Shown: piece after piece, positions 10,401 through 19,485 of the stretch
How positions within the stretch are numbered: position 1 is the stretch's first letter
Layout: every line of letters starts with the position of its first letter
Source of the DNA: Candidatus Latescibacterota bacterium
GTDB lineage: Bacteria > Latescibacterota > UBA2968 > GCA-2709665
DNA length: 64,000 nt
Reading direction: 5' to 3'
Assembly: GCA_965208835.1 (NCBI GenBank)
Contig: OZ242358.1
Span: 1,344,001-1,408,000, forward strand
The notes under the pieces: model-generated
Told to the model about the DNA's origin: nothing
What the model saw: only the letters and a program-made list of their open reading frames with translations
Databases searched by the model: none
Translations under genes and position numbers: made by a program

Positions 10401-11144
10401 TCAGAACAGCGGTGGATTCAAATTCAGCCAGTCTTCCAGCAGGAAATCCACGCGTCCGATGAGGAGGGAGATTCGCGCCATGACGGTATAACCGAATGAA
10501 GCGCCGAACGAAACCATCAGGAAATAGATGCCGACCCTGGAGATGCCGCCCACGACCCCCTTATGTTCGACGGAAAAATAAAAGTAAATGAGTACGCTCA
10601 CAACGCCGATCAGGATGATCGCCGGATCCAGAACGGCCCATCCGAAGCCCGCCGACGCCTGTGAAAACGGGAGGATCGTGGGTTCGATCTGCTCGATAAT
10701 GAAGGAGGCGACGCGCCGGGGGATGGCCAGCCCCGCGCCGAGTCCCACGAAGAAGGCAAATGAAATACGGCTGAGCCACACCGCTTTGCCGACAAAGCGG
10801 GTCATCAGAAAAAGACCGAGGCAGGCCGGAACGATCACCAACCACTTGACGCCCGTGTCCGGCGGCGGACGGAACAGAGGGTTGAAGACGTCCAGCAGGA
10901 TGCTCTGGTACCAGACCAGAGCGAGTTCGTACGCGGCGACAACGCCCACGTAGAGATGCTCGGCCAGCTTGAAGAGCGGATTGTCCCTGTAGAGAAAGCT
11001 GTACAGGGCGAGCGTGATCCCTGCGGCGAGGATGATGCCGAATCCCGACCAGCTTGCCTCCAGGCTGCCAGAGGCAAGGAGATAGACATTCACCGCCGCA
11101 AAAAGCAGAAGGAAGATCGGGAAGACGATGTGTTCTCTTTGCAT
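10401..11144 (-). CDS. conserved hypothetical integral membrane protein
   Basis: About 7 hydrophobic segments; YSFLYRDNPLFKLAEHLYVG, FGASFGYTVMARISLL. Confidence 0.75.
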   Translation of the reverse strand: MQREHIVFPIFLLLFAAVNVYLLASGSLEASWSGFGIILAAGITLALYSFLYRDNPLFKLAEHLYVGVVAAYELALVWYQSILLDVFNPLFRPPPDTGVKWLVIVPACLGLFLMTRFVGKAVWLSRISFAFFVGLGAGLAIPRRVASFIIEQIEPTILPFSQASAGFGWAVLDPAIILIGVVSVLIYFYFSVEHKGVVGGISRVGIYFLMVSFGASFGYTVMARISLLIGRVDFLLEDWLNLNPPLF

Positions 11145-11156
11145 ACCGGTATCCTC

Positions 11157-11984
11157 TTACGTCCGTGAGGCGCTGCGGTGCAGAAAGTAGACCGCGTTGC
11201 CCAGCAGGATAAACCCGATGATGACGATGTGTGCGACGGATTGCGGACGCATACCGCTGACCGCGAGGCCTCTCTTGCCCACCAGCGCTTCGTATTCCGC
11301 GGCGCCCGCAAGCCCGCCGATGAGGCCGTTGAGCTGCCGGGACTGAAGGAAGGGGAAGAAATCCGGCGCCATCACCGCGGTACAACCGGCGCCGAGTGGA
11401 AATCGGTATCGTTCCTGCCCATAAGCGATCCATTCGTCCACGCCGGGGTACCCGGCCGCCAGGTCGATCACGTAATCGAAATCCTTCAACGAGCGCAGAT
11501 TGCGGGTGAGAGGCATTTCAGCCGTGTCGACGCCCCGGATGTCTTCCGGAAACGCGGCGTGCAGATCCTGACCCATGTTCAGGATCAGGATCGGACCTCC
11601 CGCCTTGAATCCGAGAAACGCATAGTCCGTCCCGTTTGTCCGTCCGTATTCCCCTGCCGCCGTATCGAACGCCTGCATGGCAAGTCCCACTGCTTCGGTG
11701 ATGAGGGTCACGCCCACCACCCGGATGTTCCGGCTGAAGCAATGGCGCAGAATGGCCAGAGCCATGGGCTGGAGCTCCGGCTGCGAACTGGGACCGTAGT
11801 CGAAGGAGATGAGTACGACGGCATCAGGTTTTCCGGCCAGGCTCTCTACCGTGTCGTAAACCGCGCGTACGTTGGGCGTGGCCTTGATTGGCAGCTGGAA
11901 GCCGATGAGGAGAGGAATACATACGGCCAGAAAGACGGCAATGTACACGATGCGGCGGTCGATGTTCAGGAGGCGCTCGATCAT
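11157..11984 (-). CDS. conserved hypothetical membrane-anchored protein (TM - soluble alpha/beta domain - TM)
   Basis: ATG 11984 overlaps upstream TGA (ATGA) with GGAGG RBS; IDRRIVY, ISFDYGPSSQPELQPM, GLAGAAEYE. Confidence 0.75.
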   Translation of the reverse strand: MIERLLNIDRRIVYIAVFLAVCIPLLIGFQLPIKATPNVRAVYDTVESLAGKPDAVVLISFDYGPSSQPELQPMALAILRHCFSRNIRVVGVTLITEAVGLAMQAFDTAAGEYGRTNGTDYAFLGFKAGGPILILNMGQDLHAAFPEDIRGVDTAEMPLTRNLRSLKDFDYVIDLAAGYPGVDEWIAYGQERYRFPLGAGCTAVMAPDFFPFLQSRQLNGLIGGLAGAAEYEALVGKRGLAVSGMRPQSVAHIVIIGFILLGNAVYFLHRSASRT

Positions 11985-12637
11985 TGTCCTTCCTCCCCGA
12001 GATAGGAACGTTCGATGCCGAAGATGATCCGAAGTGCCGTGGCGATTGCGCCGAGGCTCACGCCCAGCAGGATGCCCCGGCGAGCGGCGAGGTTTGGCGT
12101 GGCCATCAGCCACTGGGAAATGGCGGGCAGGTGTTCGGAGATGAGTGCGCCGATGGGCACCCGGCCCAGCATGACGAGCAGAGCGGCAACAAGAAGAACG
12201 ACCGCCTCGACCGAACGGGCCCGAAACGTGCGGTAGGCGGCGGAAGCGATAAAGAAGGCGAGCAGAGAGAACATCGTGGCGCCGCCGGCCACATGAATGT
12301 GGGTATACATCCAGTTCAGATCCAGACCGTCTCCCTCAGCGAGCGGCTGAAGGGGCCCCCGGCCGTTGTTGTAGACGGCAAGCAGGATGGTAACGATGAA
12401 GCCGACGTACACGACGGCGCTGAAGGCCCATCCGGCCTGCTTGCGCCTGATCCGGTGCCAGTGCATCTGCAACAGGCTGTGGATGCCAAGGAAAAGGGCG
12501 AACGCGGCGATGATCCTGTACCAGGTGGAGGTTGTAATCTCGACCGGCTGCGCAACCGGAACATAGTAGGTGAATATGCCGATGACGCCCGCTGCGAAAG
12601 CCACGAGTAGCGGCAGGGTGCGTTGCAGGAAATACAT
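11981..12637 (-). CDS. conserved hypothetical integral membrane protein
   Basis: ATG 12637 after GGGAG; about 6 TM; TMFSLLAFFIASAAYRTFRARS, LRIIFGIERSYLG. Confidence 0.75.
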   Translation of the reverse strand: MYFLQRTLPLLVAFAAGVIGIFTYYVPVAQPVEITTSTWYRIIAAFALFLGIHSLLQMHWHRIRRKQAGWAFSAVVYVGFIVTILLAVYNNGRGPLQPLAEGDGLDLNWMYTHIHVAGGATMFSLLAFFIASAAYRTFRARSVEAVVLLVAALLVMLGRVPIGALISEHLPAISQWLMATPNLAARRGILLGVSLGAIATALRIIFGIERSYLGEEGQ

Positions 12638-12755
12638 TCGATTTTCTCCCAGTGTTCTGTCGCAGAAATTGGTTGCCTGAATTCGGCGGCCGAATGGTGA
12701 GAAATTTATGGGACAGGACACTACAGTCTTGAACTGTTATGCCATGTTCACGCTG

Positions 12756-13937
12756 TCAACTCAGAATCGGCCAGAAGCCGATGCCGGCCAGTAAAGAACC
12801 CAGCACCAGCATAAGGATGAGGATTCCCTTCCCCAGGTCCTGTCCCTTCAGGCTTCCCAGCAGTTTGGGATCTCTGGACAGATAGGCGCTGGCGGCGTAG
12901 AGTTCCTCTCCCATCAGGGTATAGTCGCAGGTTGTGATAAAGAACGGAAGCTGTGTGTAGGCGTCGGTCGCGGCGATCTGGATAGCGCCGGTTGTGGAGC
13001 CGGTCTCCGCCAGGAGCAGGGATTCGGCGTAAAAATACCCCATCAGAAGATTGGCTGCCGGTCTTTCCCGCACCATCAGTCCCTCGAGCGCGGCCGCGTA
13101 GCTGAACTGGTCCGCGGCCGCCAGAAAGACGTTGTCCGGGTTGAACGCATCGGGTCTTCCGGCTTCGATGCAGGATTCTTTGACCACTTCCTGGCTCACG
13201 GACATCACAATCGGATCCCGATTTCCAACCTTGAGCTGAGTGTCGTATTCGGCGGTTCTCTTCGCCACCTGGCCGAGTATATTCACGGCGGCAATGGTGG
13301 AAGGGCTGCCCATGTCCTGGAGACCGTGCACGAACAGCACCGGTTTGCCCATTTCGGTTGCCCGGCCCAGGGCTTCGTCCAGAGCGTCCAGGCCTGCCAG
13401 CCGCCGGATATAAAGATTCTTTCGCCGGGCAAGGCGGATATAGACGAGGATCAGAATGGAGAACAGCGCGGCCAGCAGAAAATTGTTGCTTTTGGTCCAG
13501 TTGAAGTAGTTGCCGCGGGCCCGGGCTTCCACAACCGTGTGGCCTGCGCCGTGGACGCCGAGGCGAACGAAATAGGGTCGGTCGTTCTCGAGCCGGATCC
13601 GGTTCCGTCCGTCGGGATCGAGGTAGGAATCGATGTGTACGAAGTGATGATTGCGGTTCTCCTCCCCACTGCCGAACGTGGCAGACTCGTCGGCCATCGT
13701 CGGAGCCGTACTGGGCTCCAGTTCGGCGACCTGATGAAATGGCCCGTCCGGACGTTCGGAAATGCCGATGCGATATCGCGCGCTGTCAGGCAGGTCATCC
13801 ATCCGGCGCCATGTCAGCGTGATGCTGTGCCCCTGGTCGTTGGGCGTGTCGAATGCCCGGACGTCGGTGGGCGCCGAACCGCCGGCGGCCGGCGCGGCAG
13901 CGATGGCAAGGGCGAAACTGAGGAATAGATGCGCCAT
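12756..13937 (-). CDS. DUF6754-type protein with N-terminal fibronectin-III-like domain
   Basis: ATG 13937 after AGGAG; signal peptide; APTDVRAFDTPNDQGHSITLTW; IRRLAGLDALDEALGRATEMGKP, AESLLLAETG, TCDYTLMGEELYAASAYLS. Confidence 0.75.
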   Translation of the reverse strand: MAHLFLSFALAIAAAPAAGGSAPTDVRAFDTPNDQGHSITLTWRRMDDLPDSARYRIGISERPDGPFHQVAELEPSTAPTMADESATFGSGEENRNHHFVHIDSYLDPDGRNRIRLENDRPYFVRLGVHGAGHTVVEARARGNYFNWTKSNNFLLAALFSILILVYIRLARRKNLYIRRLAGLDALDEALGRATEMGKPVLFVHGLQDMGSPSTIAAVNILGQVAKRTAEYDTQLKVGNRDPIVMSVSQEVVKESCIEAGRPDAFNPDNVFLAAADQFSYAAALEGLMVRERPAANLLMGYFYAESLLLAETGSTTGAIQIAATDAYTQLPFFITTCDYTLMGEELYAASAYLSRDPKLLGSLKGQDLGKGILILMLVLGSLLAGIGFWPILS

Positions 13938-13987
13938 TGCGTGTCTCCTGGCGGTTTTAATCAGGCGCGCCTGGACGCTCCAAATCA

Positions 13988-15109
13988 TCATGCCTCGATC
14001 CTTTCGGCGTTTGCGCGGGGTATCACGGCCTGTTGTCCGTTCTCGAATTGAACTTCAAGGACACGTACCTGGATTTCCGACTCGACGGCCGCCAGTTCGG
14101 ACGGCAGGGCGGTGACGACACCGGTCTTTCCGAAGAAGGGCGCCCGTATCGTTCGGATTGGATCTCCGATGGACAGGCCGTCCCGGGCGACGGTTTCCTC
14201 GGCGGCGGCTGAATTCTCCGTGTCCGGAACGATGATTTCGGGGCGAAGCACGCCGGCCCGGATCTGGGTTGCGCCAGAGATCGAGGCCTCGTCGCCGTTT
14301 CTCTCGTTCAGGATATCGAAAGTTTTGGTTGCCATGGCGATGTCGCCGAATCCTTCGGTAATCACGACGGTGAGGCCGATTTCCTCCGTGCCCGTAATGG
14401 CCACACCCAGGTCATACCCGAGAAGGCTACGCAGATCATGGTCGCGGATGCCCCCGCCAATGAGGCCGGCTGCGCCGATCTCACACGCTTTCCGGATGAG
14501 ATCCAGTGTGACCAGGCCGCCGGCGATGCAGATCCTGCCGGCACAGGAGGCGTCGATCCGGTCTGCCGGTAGCTGCTCATCGGGTGTGGCGGCAAGTGTC
14601 CGGATCGCACCCCAGCTTTCCCCGCCAATGCCGAAAATCCCCTGAAGAAACGCGCCGACGGTTTCAACTGTGACGCCTTCGCCGGGAATGGTTTCCACAA
14701 CGGTGCCGTCCACGTACGCCCTGACCTGGACAGGTCGGGGCGGCCCTCGCAGAATGACCTGGCCGGTAACGGGCGATACGCTCTCCACGGTGCCCGTGAC
14801 CGGCGATTCCACCGTGGTTTTGAACCAGCTGATGAACGGCCGGGTCTCTGCGACAGGTTCCCCCGACTCGACCGCCTCACCCTCATTCTTGAGCATGAAG
14901 GCCGGCAGTTCGTCCGGTGTGACACCAAGCCTGTTGACCAGGTTCAGGGTGGTCACGTCGCCGGGCAGTTCGGTCCGGGCCACCACCCGATCGCGCTGCA
15001 CGGATTCGCCTTCCGAAACCAATACCTCTCCGGTGAGCGGCAGTTGGCGTCGCTTCCGAACGGTCGCGCTGCGGGTGACTCGCAGGCCGGGTGTGTATGT
15101 ATGTGCCAT
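13988..15109 (-). CDS. conserved hypothetical protein with barrel-sandwich-hybrid-like N-terminus and KOW-like C-terminus
   Basis: VLVSEGESV, KNEGEAVESGEPVA, ESPVTGTVESV; C-terminal IGDPIRTIRAPFFGKTGVV. Confidence 0.7.
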   Translation of the reverse strand: MAHTYTPGLRVTRSATVRKRRQLPLTGEVLVSEGESVQRDRVVARTELPGDVTTLNLVNRLGVTPDELPAFMLKNEGEAVESGEPVAETRPFISWFKTTVESPVTGTVESVSPVTGQVILRGPPRPVQVRAYVDGTVVETIPGEGVTVETVGAFLQGIFGIGGESWGAIRTLAATPDEQLPADRIDASCAGRICIAGGLVTLDLIRKACEIGAAGLIGGGIRDHDLRSLLGYDLGVAITGTEEIGLTVVITEGFGDIAMATKTFDILNERNGDEASISGATQIRAGVLRPEIIVPDTENSAAAEETVARDGLSIGDPIRTIRAPFFGKTGVVTALPSELAAVESEIQVRVLEVQFENGQQAVIPRANAERIEA

Positions 15110-15175
15110 CAGTTCAGGTTTTCGAAGCCGGCGCGCCGCAAAGCCTGCCGTCGCGATCGTCGGCCGGTGATGGTC

Positions 15176-16246
15176 TCACACCTTCATTTTCGGATCCAGG
15201 GCGTCTCGCAGGCCGTCGCCCAGCAGGTTGTAAAGGGTCACGGTGATAAATATGGCGAAACCGGGTACGATAACCAGCCACCAGGCCGCCGTATTGTTCC
15301 GGGCGCCCGCGAGTATCGCGCCCCAGGTGATGGCCTCCGCGGGCACGCCGATGCCGAGAAAGCTCAATCCGGATTCGGCCAGAATGGCGCCCGCCACCCC
15401 GAAGGCCGCCGGGATGAGTACGGGCGCGATCGCGTTTGGCAGAATGTGGATGAACATGATACGGCCGCTGGAATATCCGAGACTCTTGGCCGCGGAAACG
15501 AAGTCGTAGCTCCTGACCTGCAGAAACTGCGATCTCGTGAGCCTGGCGATACCCACCCAGCCGGTAAAGCCGAGGATGATCATCACGAAGAAGAGGCTGG
15601 GTGGAAAGAATGCGGCCACCGTGATGATCAGAAAGAGGGTGGGTATGGCCGCCCAGAGTTCGAACAGACGCGAAAGAACCAGGTCGGTCCAGCCCCCGAA
15701 ATAACCCGCCAGCGCGCCGAGAGCGACGCCGATGATCATCGAGATCGCCACCGAGACCAGTCCGATGGTCAGTGCGTATCGCGAACCGTGGATCAGCCCG
15801 GAAAGAACGTCCCGGCCCAGCCGATCCGTTCCCAGAATATGTGCTGTGCCGGGCGGCTGGTACTTGTCCCCCAGGTTGACGTCGCTGGGACCGTAGGGAA
15901 CGGGCGGAAATATTGCGGATTCCGACCTCAGGCGTTTGAAGTTTTTCCTTCTTCTGAGCGGCTCCGGCCAGTCGGCCAGTCCGAGATGAACGGCGTACTG
16001 GCGGAAGGCGGGGAAATAGGTCTTGCCCCTGTACTTCATATAGTAGGGTTTGTTGCCCGCGAGAAAATCCGCGAACACCGCCGTGAACGCGAGAACGCCG
16101 ATCGCCGCCAGGCTTATGAGGGCCGGCCGGTTCTTTTTGAACTGCCGCCAGACCAGTTTGGAGTAGGTCTGACCCTCCTGGACAGGTTCGGATTCGGGCG
16201 TCGGGACGTCAGGTTCGTTGAGATCGCGCGTTGTCGCGTCGGACAT
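15176..16246 (-). CDS. oppC: oligopeptide ABC transporter permease
   Basis: HILGTDRLGRDVLS, EAA-like FVSAAKSLG, HILPNA, NLLGDGLRDALDP. Confidence 0.92.
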   Translation of the reverse strand: MSDATTRDLNEPDVPTPESEPVQEGQTYSKLVWRQFKKNRPALISLAAIGVLAFTAVFADFLAGNKPYYMKYRGKTYFPAFRQYAVHLGLADWPEPLRRRKNFKRLRSESAIFPPVPYGPSDVNLGDKYQPPGTAHILGTDRLGRDVLSGLIHGSRYALTIGLVSVAISMIIGVALGALAGYFGGWTDLVLSRLFELWAAIPTLFLIITVAAFFPPSLFFVMIILGFTGWVGIARLTRSQFLQVRSYDFVSAAKSLGYSSGRIMFIHILPNAIAPVLIPAAFGVAGAILAESGLSFLGIGVPAEAITWGAILAGARNNTAAWWLVIVPGFAIFITVTLYNLLGDGLRDALDPKMKV

Positions 16247-16250
16247 GGAT

Positions 16251-17552
16251 TTAACCCTGAAGACGGGAAAACTCGATGCGCGGGTCCACGACTTTCAGGA
16301 GGATGTCCGCGAGAAGAATTCCCAGCAACGAGAGGAACGAACCGATGGTCAGAATGGCCATTACCATGGGATAGTCGCGCACGAGTACGGATTGAACGCC
16401 AAGATATCCCAACCCCGGAATGGTGAAGATGGTCTCGATAAAGACCGAGCCGGCGATGATGGCCGGAAGCAGATTCGCCAGTATGGTCACAATGGGAATA
16501 AGTGAGTTGCGGAAGACGTGCTTCAGAATCACGACTTTTTCCGGAAGGCCCTTTGCGCGGGCCGTGCGGACGTAGTCCAGCCTGAGGTTCTCCAGCATGC
16601 TGGTTCGCATGAATCGGGAGAGACCCGCGAAGCTGGCGTAGCTCGAGGCCAGGACCGGCATGGCCATGTGATGGGCGTGGTCCGTCAACAGTCGCCAGAA
16701 TCCCCACTCGGAAGACGCGTCCAGAGACTGAATGCCGGAGGCCGGAAACCAGTAGAAGAACTCCTTGTTGCAGAAAAATACGATGAGCAGCATGCCCACC
16801 CAGAACGAAGGCATGGACCAGAGGATAAAGGTCCCCGTGGTCAGCGTGCGATCGGTCCGGGTATCCTGTTTCACGGCCAGCCAGATGCCGAGCGGCAGTC
16901 CGATGACGTAGGCGACGATCAGACTGATGATGTTGATTTCAATGGTGATGGGCACACGCGCGAGGATATGCGAGATGACCGGCTGCTGATCCTTGAAAGA
17001 ACGGCCGAAATTGAGCGTAACGAAGCGCCGGTCGAAGCAATGGAAGAGGAGCAGGCCGGCGCCGGTATACTCGTAGTTTTCCTCGAGTTTGACGGTCTTG
17101 CTCTCCCAGAAAGAGGAAAGGACGAGCGCCTGCGCCTCGTCCGGATGATATTTTTCGAAACTGCTAAGGAATCGGGCTTTTCGCGCCTCGTTTTCCAGCG
17201 CGGCCAATTCGCTTCTTTCCATGGGTTCCAGGGTCGAGAGAAAGTCGTCAACGCGCCGGCCCATGCGTTCGTAGCTGTTGAGCGGCTCAACGTGAAGAAC
17301 CAGGCTCGATAACCAGTTGAGGTATTGGAGGTGTAGCGGCCTGTCCAGGCCGAGCTGACGGCGAAGGTCCTGGCGCGTTTTTTCGAAATCGGACTGCCGT
17401 TCCGTCGAGATGCCCTCCTCGCCTGCCATGCCGCCGAGAAAGAAGTCGACGGGGTCGCCCGGAGCGAGATGCATGACCAGGAAGGAAATCAGCGTGATGC
17501 CGATCATCGTCGGGATCATCAGCAGGCTGCGCTGCAGGATGTACTGGATCAT
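16251..17552 (-). CDS. oppB: oligopeptide ABC transporter permease
   Basis: YILQRSLL, LAPGDP, LGLDRP, DYVRTARAKGL, VDPRI; enlarged periplasmic loop. Confidence 0.9.
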   Translation of the reverse strand: MIQYILQRSLLMIPTMIGITLISFLVMHLAPGDPVDFFLGGMAGEEGISTERQSDFEKTRQDLRRQLGLDRPLHLQYLNWLSSLVLHVEPLNSYERMGRRVDDFLSTLEPMERSELAALENEARKARFLSSFEKYHPDEAQALVLSSFWESKTVKLEENYEYTGAGLLLFHCFDRRFVTLNFGRSFKDQQPVISHILARVPITIEINIISLIVAYVIGLPLGIWLAVKQDTRTDRTLTTGTFILWSMPSFWVGMLLIVFFCNKEFFYWFPASGIQSLDASSEWGFWRLLTDHAHHMAMPVLASSYASFAGLSRFMRTSMLENLRLDYVRTARAKGLPEKVVILKHVFRNSLIPIVTILANLLPAIIAGSVFIETIFTIPGLGYLGVQSVLVRDYPMVMAILTIGSFLSLLGILLADILLKVVDPRIEFSRLQG

Positions 17553-17623
17553 CTGCGTTCAGGCCTTTCTGTGCCGTCGTCTGTTCATCGGGGGTCGCAA
17601 CAGGGTCCGGTCGTCTCCCCGGC

Positions 17624-19465
17624 CTATTGGTACAACCGGTTGGAGGCGCCTACCCACCACTCCTGCGTGTCCGCGCCAACGGCATACCAGTTGTCACCCG
17701 CAAAACGCCTGCTGTAGGAAATGGCGTTGCGGGATTTCCAGAGAAACGTATAGGGTTGCTCATTATACAGGATTTCCTGGAAACGCCGGTAGAGCTGTAT
17801 TCTCTTGTCCATATCGAACTCCCTCCGGTAGGTTTCCAGGATGCGGTCGACTTCGTCGTTCTTGAAGCCGATGTAATTCGACCCCTGTCCCTCTGCCTGC
17901 GAGGAGTGCCAGATCTGATAGGAATCCGGCGGTGTGCGCAGGCTGCCGGTCCAACCCAGGGTACAGGCTGCGAAGTCCTTTTTTCGTACGACCCGATCCA
18001 GAAAAATGGTCCAGTCCAGTTCGCGCACGTCGCAGACGACACCGATGTCCTGCAGTTCATATTGCAACGCCAGGGCGATGTCCTTGCGGAGCTGGTTCCC
18101 GGAGTTGACAAGGAATTCGAATTTGAACGGGAGTTTCTCGCCGTCGACGACCTTGTCCAGGATGCCGTCGTTGTCGCTGTCGGACCAGCCGGCCTCCTCC
18201 AGAAGGGTAAGCGCTCGGTCGGGGTCGTAGGAATGGGGTTCGAGGCTGTGGTTGTATTCGGGCCGGAATTTGTGGATGGGGCTCTCAACGGTTTCCGCGA
18301 GGCCGAACATGAGGTTAAGGACCATGCTCTCACGGTCGGTGAGGTACGTCATGGCCTTTCGCACGCGCCGGTCGCGAAAGATGGGGTGCGCGTTGTTCCA
18401 GCCGATGTACACGTAGCCCGATGAATAGATCACGCTCTTCTTGAATCGCTCGACAAAATCCGGAGACCAGCTTTTGTCCTTGAACTGCAGCGGTCTGAGG
18501 CCGAAGTAGTCGATGTTTCCGTTTGTGAGCTCGATAAACGCGGCCTCCTGGTCATTCACGATTTTGAAGACGATCTTCTCCACGTATCCCTTGGGCATGA
18601 GATCGGTCCGTTCCCCTCCCCAGTAGTTGGGATTGCGGGTAAGGATCACTTTCTGGCCCGTGACCACGTCTTCGTCCCAGTCTTTCACGAGATAGGGGCC
18701 GGAGCCCAGCATTTTCCGATGGTATCCGGTGTTGAATTTCTCCGCGAATTGCTGCACGCGCTCCGCGTGCGGGCCGCTCTCCCAGGATCCGTCGATGAGG
18801 CTGCGGATGTCGACCGGTTCCAGCAGCCCGTCGGGGTCGTAGAAGTGTTTGGGAAGGATCTCCATAGCACCCAGGGAGATGTTGTTCCTGAAATAGGGTT
18901 CCCGACAGACGAAACTGATTCTGTGTTTGCCCTCCTGCTTGACGTCGCTGATGGCTGCGTAGTAGTTCCGCAGCGAGGCAGCCAGGACTTTCGGGTTCTT
19001 GATGACCTTGATGCTGAAGAGTACGTCGTCCGCCGAGAGCGGCCTGCCGTCGGCGAAACGGACGTCGTCGCGCAGGTCGAAGGTGTAGGTGAGCTTGTCT
19101 TCGGACACCGAGGGAGGTCCCTTCGCTACCAACCCTCTGAGACTGTAGGGTGATTCGTTCTCGATGTCGAGCAGCGACTCGAAGATATACTGGTGTACCG
19201 TGGAAGCGCCCGAGTCGTTGGATACGTACGGATTGAAGTTCTCCGGGTCGGACAGGAAGTGGTAAACCATCCAGTCTCCGTATTCCGGCTGGGTATCGCC
19301 GGTATACATGGCGGGTACCCGTTCCGTTCCGTCCAGCACGATCGCGGGAGCTTCCCTCGTATCCATAAGCGTGCGTTGAACCTTCTGCCAGGGTGTGTCG
19401 TCATCGCATGCCGCTGAAAAAAGGCAAAACAGCCCCAGGATTACCAATCCGCGCGCGTTTGCCAT
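17624..19465 (-). CDS. oppA: peptide ABC transporter substrate-binding lipoprotein (family 5)
   Basis: Lipobox-like FSAAC; YTFDLRDDVRFADGRPLSADDV, GSGPY, RNPNYWG, DRRVRKAM. Confidence 0.88.
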   Translation of the reverse strand: MANARGLVILGLFCLFSAACDDDTPWQKVQRTLMDTREAPAIVLDGTERVPAMYTGDTQPEYGDWMVYHFLSDPENFNPYVSNDSGASTVHQYIFESLLDIENESPYSLRGLVAKGPPSVSEDKLTYTFDLRDDVRFADGRPLSADDVLFSIKVIKNPKVLAASLRNYYAAISDVKQEGKHRISFVCREPYFRNNISLGAMEILPKHFYDPDGLLEPVDIRSLIDGSWESGPHAERVQQFAEKFNTGYHRKMLGSGPYLVKDWDEDVVTGQKVILTRNPNYWGGERTDLMPKGYVEKIVFKIVNDQEAAFIELTNGNIDYFGLRPLQFKDKSWSPDFVERFKKSVIYSSGYVYIGWNNAHPIFRDRRVRKAMTYLTDRESMVLNLMFGLAETVESPIHKFRPEYNHSLEPHSYDPDRALTLLEEAGWSDSDNDGILDKVVDGEKLPFKFEFLVNSGNQLRKDIALALQYELQDIGVVCDVRELDWTIFLDRVVRKKDFAACTLGWTGSLRTPPDSYQIWHSSQAEGQGSNYIGFKNDEVDRILETYRREFDMDKRIQLYRRFQEILYNEQPYTFLWKSRNAISYSRRFAGDNWYAVGADTQEWWVGASNRLYQ

Positions 19466-19485
19466 CTGATGCCTCCCTGTTGCAC

